DNA of 64,000 nucleotides, taken from NCBI RefSeq assembly GCF_000315625.1, contig NW_005434594.1:118482-182481 (forward strand), in the 5' to 3' direction. The DNA is from Guillardia theta CCMP2712 (taxonomy: Eukaryota; Protista; Cryptophyta). The notes beneath the pieces were generated by a model that had not been told where the DNA came from, did not search any database, and saw only the letters and a list, made by a program, of their open reading frames with translations. Positions within the stretch are counted from its first letter, which is position 1; every line of letters begins with the position of its first letter. Positions 1 through 11,321 of the stretch are shown here, in pieces. Made by a program: the position numbers and the translations under genes.

Positions 1-253
1 CTGAGCATGAGGTGAGGGAAAACTCGAGGATGGTGTTGAAGTCTCAGATGTGAGGAGATGGTGCGATGGAGAGGAGGAGGTGGAGGAGGAGGGACATTGT
101 GGGAGGTCAACGGAGTAGCAGTAAGAGGGTGAGAAGGTAAGAGGAAACGAGCTTGAAGGTCGGGTGAGGGGGGAGGGAGATGGTTGGAAGAGAGGGGAGG
201 AGAGAAGGGGATGAGAAGAATACTTAGAAACTTTGTCTGACTTTGAGCTGCAG

Positions 254-466
254 AACAGCATTCTCATCAAGCTCTTGCAAGGGTACAACTACGTTATGAA
301 CTACGATCTTCTCGGGAGCACCAAGACACTCTATCAGGCAAATGCGCTCCTGATGCAGGTCAAGGAGATTGTTCAATATCGAAATGTCAGCGGGCAGGCT
401 GGAGGGCGGAGGATGATCTCGGAGTGGTGGACACAGATGGATGGGTAAGCGATGATGAGAAGGAGA

Positions 467-510
<44 letters not shown>

Positions 511-1734
511 CAGGTGGAGGTGGTTAAGGAGGAGGAATAGCAGCGGAGAGAAGAGGTTTTGATCAATTCTTTGACGCTTGTTGCAGGTATTGGGGAGGAA
601 ACACCACCAGAGCCCTCCAGCAGTTCTTGAACTCCGTGCGAACTGAGAACGGACAGGACGACTGGGACGCTCTCTCTGTCGACTCAAACTTCGGGCCAAA
701 AACCATTTCAGCGTTGCAGAAGTTTCTCGTTAGGGAGAGGCAACGGCTAACGGCCTGTAACGACGACGTTTCTTACCGAGGGAACACGCCCAAGTCCCTC
801 AATGTCAAGCATTCGGTTGTCATCGTCGGGTCAAACAAGAATCCCCAGCAGCTGCTGAGCTTGTGGCCGGAGATCGCGGTCGACGGGCTCTGGAGCAAAC
901 CGACTAAAACTGCGCTGCAGGCCTTCCTGAAATCCAAGGTGATTGAGGAAGGGGGGGAGGAGGGAGAGGAGGGGGATAAGAGATGGGGAAGAGGAGAGGA
1001 AAGGGAGGAAGGAAGGAGAGAAGGAGCGTGCGAGGATGGGCGAGGTGGAGGAGTCTGTACTTGGATTGATCCATGTTCATTTGGGAGGTAGAGGAGTGAT
1101 GAGGAGGANNNNNNNNNNNNNNNNNNNNNNNNNNNNNNNNNNNNNNNNNNNNNNNNNNNNNNNNNNNNNNNNNNNNNNNNNNNNNNNNNNNNNNNNNNNN
1201 NNNNNNNNCAATAAAAAGCATCTCGATAATCAGGGGTAGATCTCTATGAGGTTGGTTTTGATTCAACTTAATGCCACTTGTTGTAGGTGGAGGAGGAGGA
1301 GGAGGAGGAGGAAGGGGTGGGGGGGATGGGGGGGGGAGGTCGAGAGATGAGAGATGGAGAGGAGGAAGGGGCTGACTTTTTCAGGTGGGGACGATGGTGA
1401 ACTTCAACGTGGACGGGAGGTTTCACCAGAGATCGTCGCAGGTTTCATCGTCCTCGTACTTCATTCCTCTCTCACATTAGAACTATCAAGGCGCTCCAGA
1501 TCTTTCTGGCACAGGAGGGATGGTACAGGTTGGATACTATCGCTCCCTCCCCCTTTTCCCCGCTCCCTCCCTTCCTCCCTCCCCTCCCTCCCTCCCTCCC
1601 TCCCTCCCTTTCTCTCTCTTCCCCTCCCTTCCTCCTTCTCCCTTCTTCCTGCTCGTCTCTTCCTCTCCTCTTCTCACTCAGTTTCTCACAGGCCGGCATT
1701 GCACAATCTCACCAACGCGCATCAGGAAAGCTGA
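254..1734 (+). CDS. 3' exons of a protein with tandem peptidoglycan-binding-like (PG_binding_1) repeats; 5' end lies outside the window
   Basis: Exons ~254-443, 588-938, 1385-~1419, 1481-1528, 1691-1734 (GT-AG) give the repeated motifs DGYWGGNTTRALQQFL, DSNFGPKTISALQKFL, DGLWSKPTKTALQAFL and ..TIKALQIFL, matching the PG_binding_1 consensus DGxxGxxTxxAlxxFQ. Gap at 1109-1208 may hide an exon; the fourth repeat junction is uncertain. Confidence 0.6.
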
Positions 1735-2890
1735 CAGTCTGTTGCCTTGCAATGTGTGTGAAACCGCTCTCAGAGTCGCGTCACCCTCCATGTTTTCCAG
1801 CTGCACAAATGGCTCTGCGCATTTCAGGTCCAACACAACTTGAACACGAGATGAAGTCGATTTGTTTCCCTTTTGCTCGCCTATGTACTTGTTCTCATAC
1901 TTATTTTTGTCCTTATCTTTGTCCATATGTTTAACCTTACCTTTGCCCTTGATTTTGTCCTTATGTTTAACCTTACCATTTCCCTTATTTTTGTCCTTAT
2001 GTTTGCCCTTACCTTTGCCCTTATGTTTGTCCTTATGTTTGCCCTTATGTTTGTCCTTATCTTCACTCATCCTGTCTTCTGCAGGAGGCGCTTGCTTCCA
2101 ATGTCGCATTTGTCTTCTTCAACACTTTTGCGGAGAAGGTGACGAAACATTTGATCCTCCTTCACAAATCACTCCTTTCTAATCCCCTGAATATCCTCTG
2201 CATTTCTATCCACTCCTCATCTCTCCCTCCGCTTCCTCGTTCCCTTGCTCCTTCACTTCACTTCCTCGCTCCCTTCGCTCTCTCGCCGCTTTCCCTCCTC
2301 ATGGCTCTTCGTTTGCGCTGCATTCCTCTCATGAGCTTGCTAGGCGGCATCAAGGGACATAAAGTCACTGAGCGAGGTGATCAGTTTCTCCTTGACACGT
2401 CGATCGGCTTACCATCTCCAAGATGTCACAGCGTACAGCCGTTCCTTTCTTTCACTCCATCGAGTCTTTCGCAAGGAAATGTGAAGCTCAGGTGATTTTA
2501 TTGCGTGCAACAACCTGCAAAGTCCCACTTGTCCTTGTCTTGTCCCACATGTTTCGATGAAATCGATCGAATGTCTTCATTTCTTCAATAGTTTTTATCT
2601 TTTCTGCTCTTCCCGCTCGCTATCATTCTCCTTCTCTGATTCTACTGCAACCCTCTTGTGGCTCTGGTTGTTTCTGTCTTTGCTCAATCATCCCCCTCGT
2701 CGCTCCAATCCGTCGCTGAATCTCACAGCATTGTCAGAGGGTCGTTCTCGTCCTCGATGTGAGTGAGAATCCTCAATTCCATCCATCTGCCTACGATTTT
2801 CCAAGGTGAGATCAGTGTCATCAGCATGAAAATTTTCTCCTCCTCCTCCTCCTCTTCCTTGTCCTCCTCTTCCTCCTCCTCCTCCTCCTT

Positions 2891-2941
<51 letters not shown>

Positions 2942-4772
2942 TCCATCATCATCTCCATCATCATCTCCATCATCATCATCATCTCCATCATCATCATCAT
3001 CTCCATCGTCATCGTCATCGTCATCATCATCCTCGTCATCATCGCCGCCACCAACACCACTAGAACGACCAATCCCATTTCATGTCTCCTTTTCTCTGCT
3101 TTACACCTCATGCTGCCTTCCTCTCTTCTGCCCCTCCTTCACTCNNNNNNNNNNNNNNNNNNNNNNNNNNNNNNNNNNNNNNNNNNNNNNNNNNNNNNNN
3201 NNNNNNNNNNNNNNNNNNNNNNNNNNNNNNNNNNNNNNNNNNNNNNNNNNNNNNNNNNNNNNNNNNNNNNNNNNNNNNNNNNNNNNNNNNNNNNNNNNNN
3301 NNNNNNNNNNNNNNNNNNNNNNNNNNNNNNNNNNNNNNNNNNNNNNNNNNNNNNNNNNNNNNNNNNNNNNNNNNNNNNNNNNNNNNNNNNNNNNNNNNNN
3401 NGTTTTGCCCCATATTTCCCTTTCTCAGTCCACGTTCGGGGTTTTTAAAGCTGAAAATCTGTTCCTTGAACATTAATTTCGCCCCCCTTCTGCTCCAGTC
3501 AGGTGGGAACCAGCTCAGGGAGCGCGTTTGCCAAGTTTGACCAGCCCTTGGACGCATCAGCTTGAGAAAACTTTCGTATTTGACCAGGTGGAACATTTCT
3601 TGCACAAACCGACAAGACGTAACAACCAGTTCAACACATTTACCACACCCGTTGCTGTCAAGATTGGTTTTGTGGCATGGGCAGTCCCTTTGACATTCAT
3701 GGTATTTATGGCATGTAAAGGTTTCTAGAAACCGAGGGGGTGTGAAACCCCCCCCCCCCCTCCCGTCTTCTCTACCCTCCTCTGCTCTGCTCTGCTCTGC
3801 TCTGCTCTGCTCTGCTCCTCTTCTCCTGCCTCCTTGCTGGTCGTCCTTGTCTGGCACAAAATGACAAGAGCAGGCACTGGCCCACAGTTGCAAGTCTGAT
3901 CTGGGAGAGCAGAAGGCATCACATGGTAGCATGCGCATACACAACTTTCCTCCTCGCCCTCTCACTTGCTCCCTCCTTCCTCTCCTTCTCTCCCCCTATC
4001 ACTCTCACTTCCTCTCCCCTCCCTCTCTGCCTTCTCCGCCACGTCCCCCTCCTCCTCCCTCTCGCTTCTTCCCTCCCTCTCTTCTGACTTTGCTCTTTCA
4101 GGCTGGCCTGAACGTGTCTCTCCAGCATCACTTCGAGCCGAAGCTCAACACAACTTACTTCCTTCAGCTTGTACTTGTGAACTTGTAGAGTTATGTATTG
4201 ACTCGTCTTATCTAGATCGGCACCAAGATGACATTTCTCGTCATGTTCGAAGGAGCTCGTCGCAAAGCCGGCAATGGGTATGTACTTCATAGTCCTCTGC
4301 TACTCCAAGCTTTCTCCACCTCATGTACCTCCCTTCTGCGCTCCTCGTTTCTTCCTCTCCTGCCTTGTTACCTCCTTCCTCCTCGCTGATCGTCTTCTTT
4401 TCAACTCATCCGTCTCATGCCCTCCTCCTCCTCCTCCGATATCCTCTGTCTCTCTGTCACGGCTGACAACCCTTTGCTGCACCTTTAGAGCTGTCACGCG
4501 CTTTATCAGCTTTGTTGTCGAAAGTTTGAACTGTCAGAACATCATCACGATGATGAAACCTCCTCTCGATTGATCCACAAGATTCGTCGGTACAATCCCT
4601 TCACTTGTTGTACTTTTATGTCCCTCTCCACTTTTAAATGCCTTTTTCACCTCCGCATTCCTCGTTCTAGTTTCTTGCTATATTATGGTCCTCACCCTTC
4701 TCCTCCTCATCATCATTACCCGCCTCCTCCTCCTCATTATCACTATCATCCTCCTCCTCCTCCTCCTCCTCC

Positions 4773-4806
<34 letters not shown>

Positions 4807-5007
4807 TTTCCTCCTCCTCCTCCTCCTCCTCCTCCTCCTTTCCTCCTCCTCCTCCTCCTCCTCTTCATTCTCCTTCTTATTATCCTCTTTCCAATTTTGC
4901 CCTTTGAGACGCTTTAACATACGCAAAGACTCCTGTCCATCGTCGTCGTCATCAGACCATTCCTCGTCCCATACATCAACATCCTCCCTCCCCGTCCCTT
5001 GCTGCAT
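1678..5007 (-). CDS. Probable multi-exon hypothetical protein
   Basis: Complex-sequence islands flanked by minus-strand splice signals between microsatellite blocks, e.g. MQQGTGREDVDVWDEEWSDDDDDGQESL (5007), LKGLYRRILWINREE, CHKYHECQRDCPCHK, EMFHLVKYESFLKLMRP, WMELRILTHIEDEND. No family recognised; exon chain and 3' end unresolved. Confidence 0.35.
1885..2062. repeat. Degenerate 6/12-bp tandem repeat (CTTATGTTTG(C/T)C-like)
   Basis: Repeated cttatgtttgtc/cttacctttgcc units; source of the spurious KDKHKG and LPLCLS ORFs. Confidence 0.8.
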
Positions 5008-5419
5008 GCCTGCTGTGGTGCTCTCTGCAAGGATTTAAAATGAACTTTTAAAAACTACCAATAGATATGGTTAACTAAACATTTAGTGGATCGATTTCCA
5101 ATTTTAGAGGCGACCCTACAACAAGCAGTCACTGCCGTTTTCATGTGGGTGGGGTGGTGCGTGGGGAAGGGAGGGGTGGTAAAGAAGTTTGCGAAACCCC
5201 TGGAGTGAAATCGGTAAGGAGGGCGGATGGAAAAACGGGGGATGCGAAATGATACAGCTGATGAAAATAGAACGATGGGAGGAGATGCGATAGGCGAAGA
5301 AACATGAGCGATGGCTAGGACTGGACAGCAGCATCCGAGACTGGAAGATACATCCTTGGCACCAACAACAAAGGCTCCTCAAGAAAGGTTGAACGCGGGC
5401 AGCAACCGTTCCTATCAAT

Positions 5420-8400
5420 ATGAGCATCCAAGCAAACGCCATGCTATCCCTGTGCTTGTTGCTGACGGTGAGGACTGGGCTCGCGGCAGAAGGAACGTTT
5501 GTGATAGGCATGATGTCTCCTGTCGTCCCTACAGGATGGGGCGGCTTCGTCCCCCCCAACTTCCAGCGAGCAGCCACGGCCTTGATCATGGCGGTCCACC
5601 ATGTGAACGAGCGGAATGATGCAATCGTCAAGAACGCCAAGAGCTTGCTGCCTGCCAACTTCAAGCTGCACTACAAGTTTGCCGACACTCACTTCACAAC
5701 GCCTGTGAGACTCTCTCTCCTTGCAGTGCGACCCATGTCTTGATGCCTGACCTCTCCTGCTAGGGTGCCGTACAGGACCTGCTGCGCTGGCGGAGCGAGG
5801 AGGGGTATTCCGGGTACACGCTGAGCTCGTGCAGTGTGAACAACGCAAGCACGTCGAGCATGGTGCTGCAGAAGTATGAAGCAGCTTCGAGTGAGAAGAC
5901 AGCCGCCATTATCGGCCCGATGCGAAGCGAAGGGTCGCAGACGATCGCGGTGCTGGCGGGGCTGGCCAACACTCCCACGCTGAGCTTCGGAGCCACTTCG
6001 ACCACGCTGAGCGACAAGATCAGGTTTCCTCTCTTCTCTCGCACCTGCCCGACGGCTGCCATCAACGCCTTGGCGATGGTGAACCTGATGGTTCACTTCA
6101 ACTGGCGGACCTGCGGCGTGCTGTACGTGAACAACGCCTACGGAAACCCTTTCATCTCAGACTTCTTTCGGTACACCAGCCTCAAGGGCATCAGCATCAT
6201 AGCAAACCAGAAGTTCACAGATCAAGACTCCGTGTCGCTGCGAGCTGCCGTCAAGACGCTCAAGGAGTCAGGGGCTAGAATCTTCGTCTACATCGCGCTG
6301 GGGTCGGTGAACCTGCAGAACATTCTGACAGCAGCAGCAGAAGAAGGCATCACAGGAGTGGATGGGTACGCTTGGCTCACGGCAGATCAGAACAACCCTG
6401 AAGCCGACATTCAGAGCATGGCAGGAGACCTGGGCAAGCTGAGGCGCTTCTACTCTGGTTGGTTGAGTGTTGTTCTTGACATGATCTACGGAGACCTGGC
6501 GTCAAGCTGCTTCAACTACTACTCGAAAGTAGACCCTCGGACGTACTACTACCCGACCGTCAACATGTCTGCCAAGGTTTACAAGCAGCCATGCACCCAG
6601 TACGACGCGTTAGGGTACGACGCCGTGTGGGCCATCGCCATCGGGCTGGCAAACATGAAGCCTGACATGTCGGACCTCAACACTCAGATCCGGCTCGCGA
6701 ACTTCTACGGGGCATCTGGAGATGTAGACTTTGACTTGAGCACGGGCGACAGGTCGGCCAAGGGAGTGCATGCCGTGCTCCAGAACGTTCAGCCAGTGAC
6801 CCTGACAGCGAGCAACCTGGACTGGAACAAGACGACTTTGAGCTTCGTGGAGATCGGAGTCTGGGAGAACACTACGGGTGAGGGGGATAGCTGGAGGGGA
6901 TGACGCGCAAGTGACGGGCTGCTGTGACAGGCTACACCAAGGGCACGGCTGACTCCATCTATTGGCCTGGAGGACGAATCTCCCTCGACCCGCCACCTGA
7001 CACTGTAACGAGGTGATTGCTTGCAGCCTTTTCGAGGAGCTGTCGGTGATGACGGTGATGTTATGTTTACAGCGGGTCGACGTATCTGTACGTCGCCATC
7101 ATCGTGCCGTGTGTGAGTGTCTTGTGCATCTGCTCATGCCTGCTGGTCTACGCCTTGTGGCTGAGGTCGCGGGATGACGCGGGGAACAAGCGGCTGACGA
7201 AGAAGATTGCCGAGCTGCGGGAGACTCTGCGTATCACGAGATCCAACGGGTTCTACCTGAGCCAGGAGAAACTCCCTCGGTCAGCCAAGCTGGACTCGGT
7301 GGTGATCATCCAACGGGTGCACATGGAGGCAGCAGCCAAGTTGGCTCTGTGGGAAGACTTTGACGGCCACTACTTCGACGCTTTCTGCGTCAGCCTGCAG
7401 AGCTTTGAGAGCCTCGACACCTTCAGCGTCAACTTTGCGATGCCAGAGGAGATGAAGAAGTTGCCCTACCAGAAACTGCGGGAGTGGCTGGTCAAGGATG
7501 TCATACAGCCGCTGCTGCAGCCAGACCAGGATTACAGTCTCATGATGAACCCGCAGCCCGTTGCGAGGAAGAGAACGGGCTCGAACGTAAGCTTCACCGT
7601 CGCTTCAGAGATCAACGGACACATTCCGATCAACGTGTACCACCAGGACCTTCGCTTCGAGTATTTCCAGAAGAGAATATGCAAGCTGAGGGTCCTGAAG
7701 GAGGACTCGTGCTCGCTGTTCAATGAGGTGAAGGCGCTGTCTCAGACGCTGATGAATCAGATCGTTCCTCTCTGCGACGCGAGGCTGCTGGAAATCGCCA
7801 AGGAGAGGAGGGGAGAGGAGCTCATCGCTTGGCGCTGGGAATCAAACGCCCATCACGCCAGCAGTACTTCAGTCGATGTGATCCGAGAGAACGGGTCTAG
7901 CCTGCTCTTGCCTTGCTTACCAGGGAGGTCTGACTGTAGTGGCAGAGACTATCCCATCTACGCCAAGTCTGCTCCTGAGCCCCGTCACTCCCGTCCTGAT
8001 CGACAAGACCACGAGACGGTGACTCCTCCCCTGCCCTCCTCCCCACATTCCCCCACACCCGACCTGCTCCTCCATGTGCTGCTGGTCCTCCTCCACAACC
8101 TCCTCGTCTTGCATGCTCGTCTCTTGCTGCTGCTGACTGACTGAGACGTGCAGGTGCAAGCGATCCGTCACACGGCCATCGACGCTGTTGAGGACAAGCA
8201 CGAGAAGGACAGCACCCTCTTCTCCTTCTGCCCTCTGCCCCAGGAGAACGTCTTTGTGGCGCAGCTCGCGCGCAGGGCTGCCCTCCTCAACCATGACTTC
8301 AGGTCCAAGATCATCGAGATCCTCAGCAGCAAGGTGTCGCCCGAAGCTGCCAAGAGAGACACGCACGATGGCTCTGAGAGCTCCGTCGTCGGCTCCTTCG

Positions 8401-8919
8401 ACTGCTCCTTCGAGGAGGGCGTGGGGACTGTGGAGCTGCACACGGCTGCGGTCAAGTCGGAGACCAGGATGCAGGAGAAGCTCAGAAAGTATATGCCTCC
8501 TCATCCTCGAGGCCGCTGGCCGTACTCTGCCAACATCCTCGACCCCGTCCGCGTCTCCATCGTGTGCTCGGGCCCCAGCCACGTGCTGCAGGTGCTTAGG
8601 TGGTTCGTGGAGGAGGAGAGCGTGACGGGGCTGGGCGTCTGCCGGGTGAAGAACAAGTTCTCGCTGCCGGAGTCGATGGTGTCGGATGGGTACAGGGACG
8701 TGTCGCTTGCCGTTCACTTCTCCATCCCCGGAGGACTCTCCATCATCGGCGAAATTCAGATCCATGACAACGCCCTGCACCAGCTGAAGCTCAAGGTGAG
8801 AAACCGAGTTGACTTGTTCTCACGTGAGACGGTCAGCGAGACGTGACCATGGCTGATGTTGGCGGCAGATGCACAAACTGTACAAGATCAAGAGGGCAAA
8901 CGCGCCCAATATGATCTGA
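5420..8919 (+). CDS. Single-pass receptor: signal peptide, Venus-flytrap (ANF_receptor) ectodomain, TM helix, unknown juxtamembrane region, C-terminal RelA/SpoT-synthetase-like nucleotidyltransferase domain (1039 aa)
   Basis: Exons 5420-5704, 5764-6877, 6931-7012, 7073-8018, 8154-8795, 8869-8919; all introns GT-AG, phases consistent, total 3120 nt. Signal peptide MSIQANAMLSLCLLLTVRTGLA. VFT motifs AIIGPMRS, PTLSFGATSTTLSDKIRFPLFSRTCP, HFNWRTCGVLY, ALGYDAVWAIA, FYGASGDVDFD, IYWPGG. TM YLYVAIIVPCVSVLCICSCLLVYALWL. Synthetase-like motifs VKSETRMQEK, ILDPVRVSIV, RVKNKF, DGYRDV, GEIQIH, MHKLYK. Confidence 0.88.
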
Positions 8920-8929
8920 CTCTGCCCTT

Positions 8930-9530
8930 AACGGCCAGCTGAAGGCTCCTGGCGCGGCGCTCTCCGAGGCTCCGAGCCAGCCTAGCCTCGGAGTGTCCTT
9001 CAGTTGGGGTCCGGGCCCGGGCACACTCACACGGTGCGGCCTGCCAGCCTGAGCCTCGGCCGATCGCCGTCGGAGTCCGAGCGGCCGCGGTCGCCGGGAC
9101 TCTCAGTGTCGGAGCTGCTCAGTAAATCACTGTGAAGTTGTTGTACGGTAAGTCATCATCGGATCATTCGCGCGACTCGGCGAGGTACTCAGTCCGATCT
9201 TCCGAGTCCCGTCGGCGGCGGCCGCCCCGCGGGGTCCGACCGGGGCCCCGCACGGGTGACTGAAAATGCCGCAAGTTTCAAAATTTTTTCAAAGTTATGT
9301 TAAAAATCAGTACCGACTCGCTCTGTATCGTCGGCAAGTTAGTGTCACGGGTCGCGCTAAGGTCTAAAGTGGTGACCCGGAAGGTCACTACGGAGTCACT
9401 GCGGCTGCCCGGGCAGTGGCCGCGCCGGGCGGGCCAGCTGGCCCGGCCCCCCGGGCCCGGCAAAGTCCGGGCCCGGGCCGGCTCAGTGTGACTCCCGAAA
9501 TCGTTGATGAGGGGGGCTCGGTGGCTCTGA
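8930..9530. repeat. GC-rich intergenic patch rich in CCGG/GGCC and (T)GACTC/GAGTC motifs
   Basis: Same motif texture recurs at ~12850-13560, 16370-16600, 49660-49841 and 54659-55550; ORFs over it are Arg/Gly/Pro/Ala-rich with no recognisable homology. Confidence 0.55.
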
Positions 9531-9789
9531 GGCCATGGATATGAAGCATGGCAGGGCCAAGGCCAGAACAAAGCAAGCGAAGGGGAGGGGAGAGGAGAAG
9601 GAAGTGTAAGGGGTGTTCAAACTGAACCTTTGTAAGTCCCTATCCTAGAGACAGTTTGGAATTTGCAGGGACAGAACACCCGGCACGATCCCCAAGCAAG
9701 CAACGGGGACAAAACGAGAAACGAGCGTGCAGAGAAACACGAGAAGAACGGGCAAAAGCTGATTCTGTTCTTCCTTTTCCTTGTATGAG

Positions 9790-11135
9790 ATGATGAACCG
9801 ATCAGCGCTCTCAGCAGTGAGGGGCATGACCCGACGGCACCTCTCCGCAATCGCGCCCTCATGCAGTATTGCGCACCGCTCTAGCCCAAAGCTGATAGCC
9901 CAAGCGCGCGTACAGCATGCAAAAACACTCTATGTGGTCGGGGGGATGTATGGAAACCCACAAGCGCTGGATGCTATCGAGGACATGCTGCAGGAGGAGA
10001 GGGGGGACGTTGACGTTCTGTTCAATGGGGATTTCAACTTCTTCAATGCGAACTTGGAGGATCTCGACCTGATCAACAGGAGGATCATGCGGTTTTACTC
10101 GGCTACTGCTGGCAACATCGAAATCTCCATCTCCTCAGAAGAGAGGGGGTCGGAAGGATGTGGCTGCGATTATCCCAGCTATGTCTCTAGAGATGTCGTC
10201 GCGCGTTCAGACCTCATTGTCAAGAAGCTCGGAGAGGTTGCGGGTAACCTGGACGCTGACGTTCTCTCCTGGCTGAGAGCTCTGAGCCCTTTCGCCAACT
10301 ACTGCATCGGGGGGGCTCGCGTGGCGATCCTCCATGGCGATCCGCATTCCCTTTCGGGCTGGTCCCTCGCAGTGGAAAACCTGGAGACTTCTTCGGAGGC
10401 GTTCCGCCGAAGACACGGCTGTGAAAGTCATCCGACTACAACTTTACGTGGGTCAAACCAACACTGTCCACTCTCTAGCTTGTTCTAGCTGGAGCTGACT
10501 GCTACTTTGACCCAGGTGATGCTCATGACTGGATGCAAGCTGCCGATGCTGACATGTTCGCCTGCACACACACGTGCTTGCCGTTCGCGCAGCGCGTCTA
10601 CGAGGGACCGGAGAGCTTCAAGGCAATCTTCAACAACGGATCTGCTGGGATGGCAAATTTCTCGGGACAACCCTATGGTGCTTTCATGGTCGATCGAGTA
10701 TCGAAGTTCGCTGACACATCTCAGGGCTTTTGACTCGAATCTCCGAATCTCTGGATATTCCCAAAGGATCGATCTACGGCTGTAAGATAAAAGGTATTAC
10801 ACAAGCTGAGCTTGTTCTCCCATCCTTCAGTATTGGATCTTGATTAGATTCCTGCTCTAGGTAAGCAGGGCGAGGCGCGAGTGGATTGCCTGCCTGTTCA
10901 GTTTCATCACAAAGAATTTGTTGAGTGGTGCAAAACTGTTGACTTTATACCTCAAAGGAAGCCTAACAAAGCGTTATTTGCAAAGGTTTTTGAAGACATG
11001 GCCTAGTGGCAGTCCAGCGCATACGAGCTACTTCACACGTGAGCTGCGTTTCCCTCATCTTCTGATGACATGAGCTGTGCAGGAATCATGCATGGGCCAA
11101 CCAACTACACCATTACAGATGCTAACAGGCTGTGA
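9790..11135 (+). CDS. Divergent calcineurin-like metallophosphoesterase with a mitochondrial-type presequence
   Basis: Motifs LYVVGGMYGN, LFNGDFNFF, AGNIE, GCGCDYP, ILHGDP (exon 9790-10447), then FACTHTCLP and NNGSAGMANF; several small 3' exons to TGA at 11133-11135. N-terminus MMNRSALSAVRGMTRRHLS is Arg/Ser-rich and acid-free. Confidence 0.7.
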
Positions 11136-11321
11136 TGATGTATATCAATTCAACTGCAGAGAACTGTAAGAAGAGACTAGATCAAAAGCATTTATCACAT
11201 GAGGCGTCACTAAACTTAGAGCTACGTCAACAGATCAACATCAGCCACATTGCTTGATACATGTCACAAACGCTCTATTTCATTTCGATTGGAAATAATG
11301 GATAAGATTGCATGATTCTAT

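Noticed and set aside
2763-3476. Long poly-Ser/poly-Met ORFs, and similar poly-Ala, poly-Cys, poly-Leu and poly-Glu ORFs elsewhere in the track
   Set aside because: Translations of intronic or intergenic microsatellites and N gaps, open in several frames on both strands.
7917-8780. 287-aa minus-strand ORF
   Set aside because: Antisense shadow of the GC3-rich receptor exons; no independent motifs.
5420-11135. Receptor synthetase plus neighbouring metallophosphoesterase as a synthetase/hydrolase operon-like pair
   Set aside because: Adjacency is weak evidence in a eukaryote, and the phosphoesterase has a mitochondrial-type leader while the receptor enzyme domain would be cytosolic; worth revisiting only if synteny is conserved.
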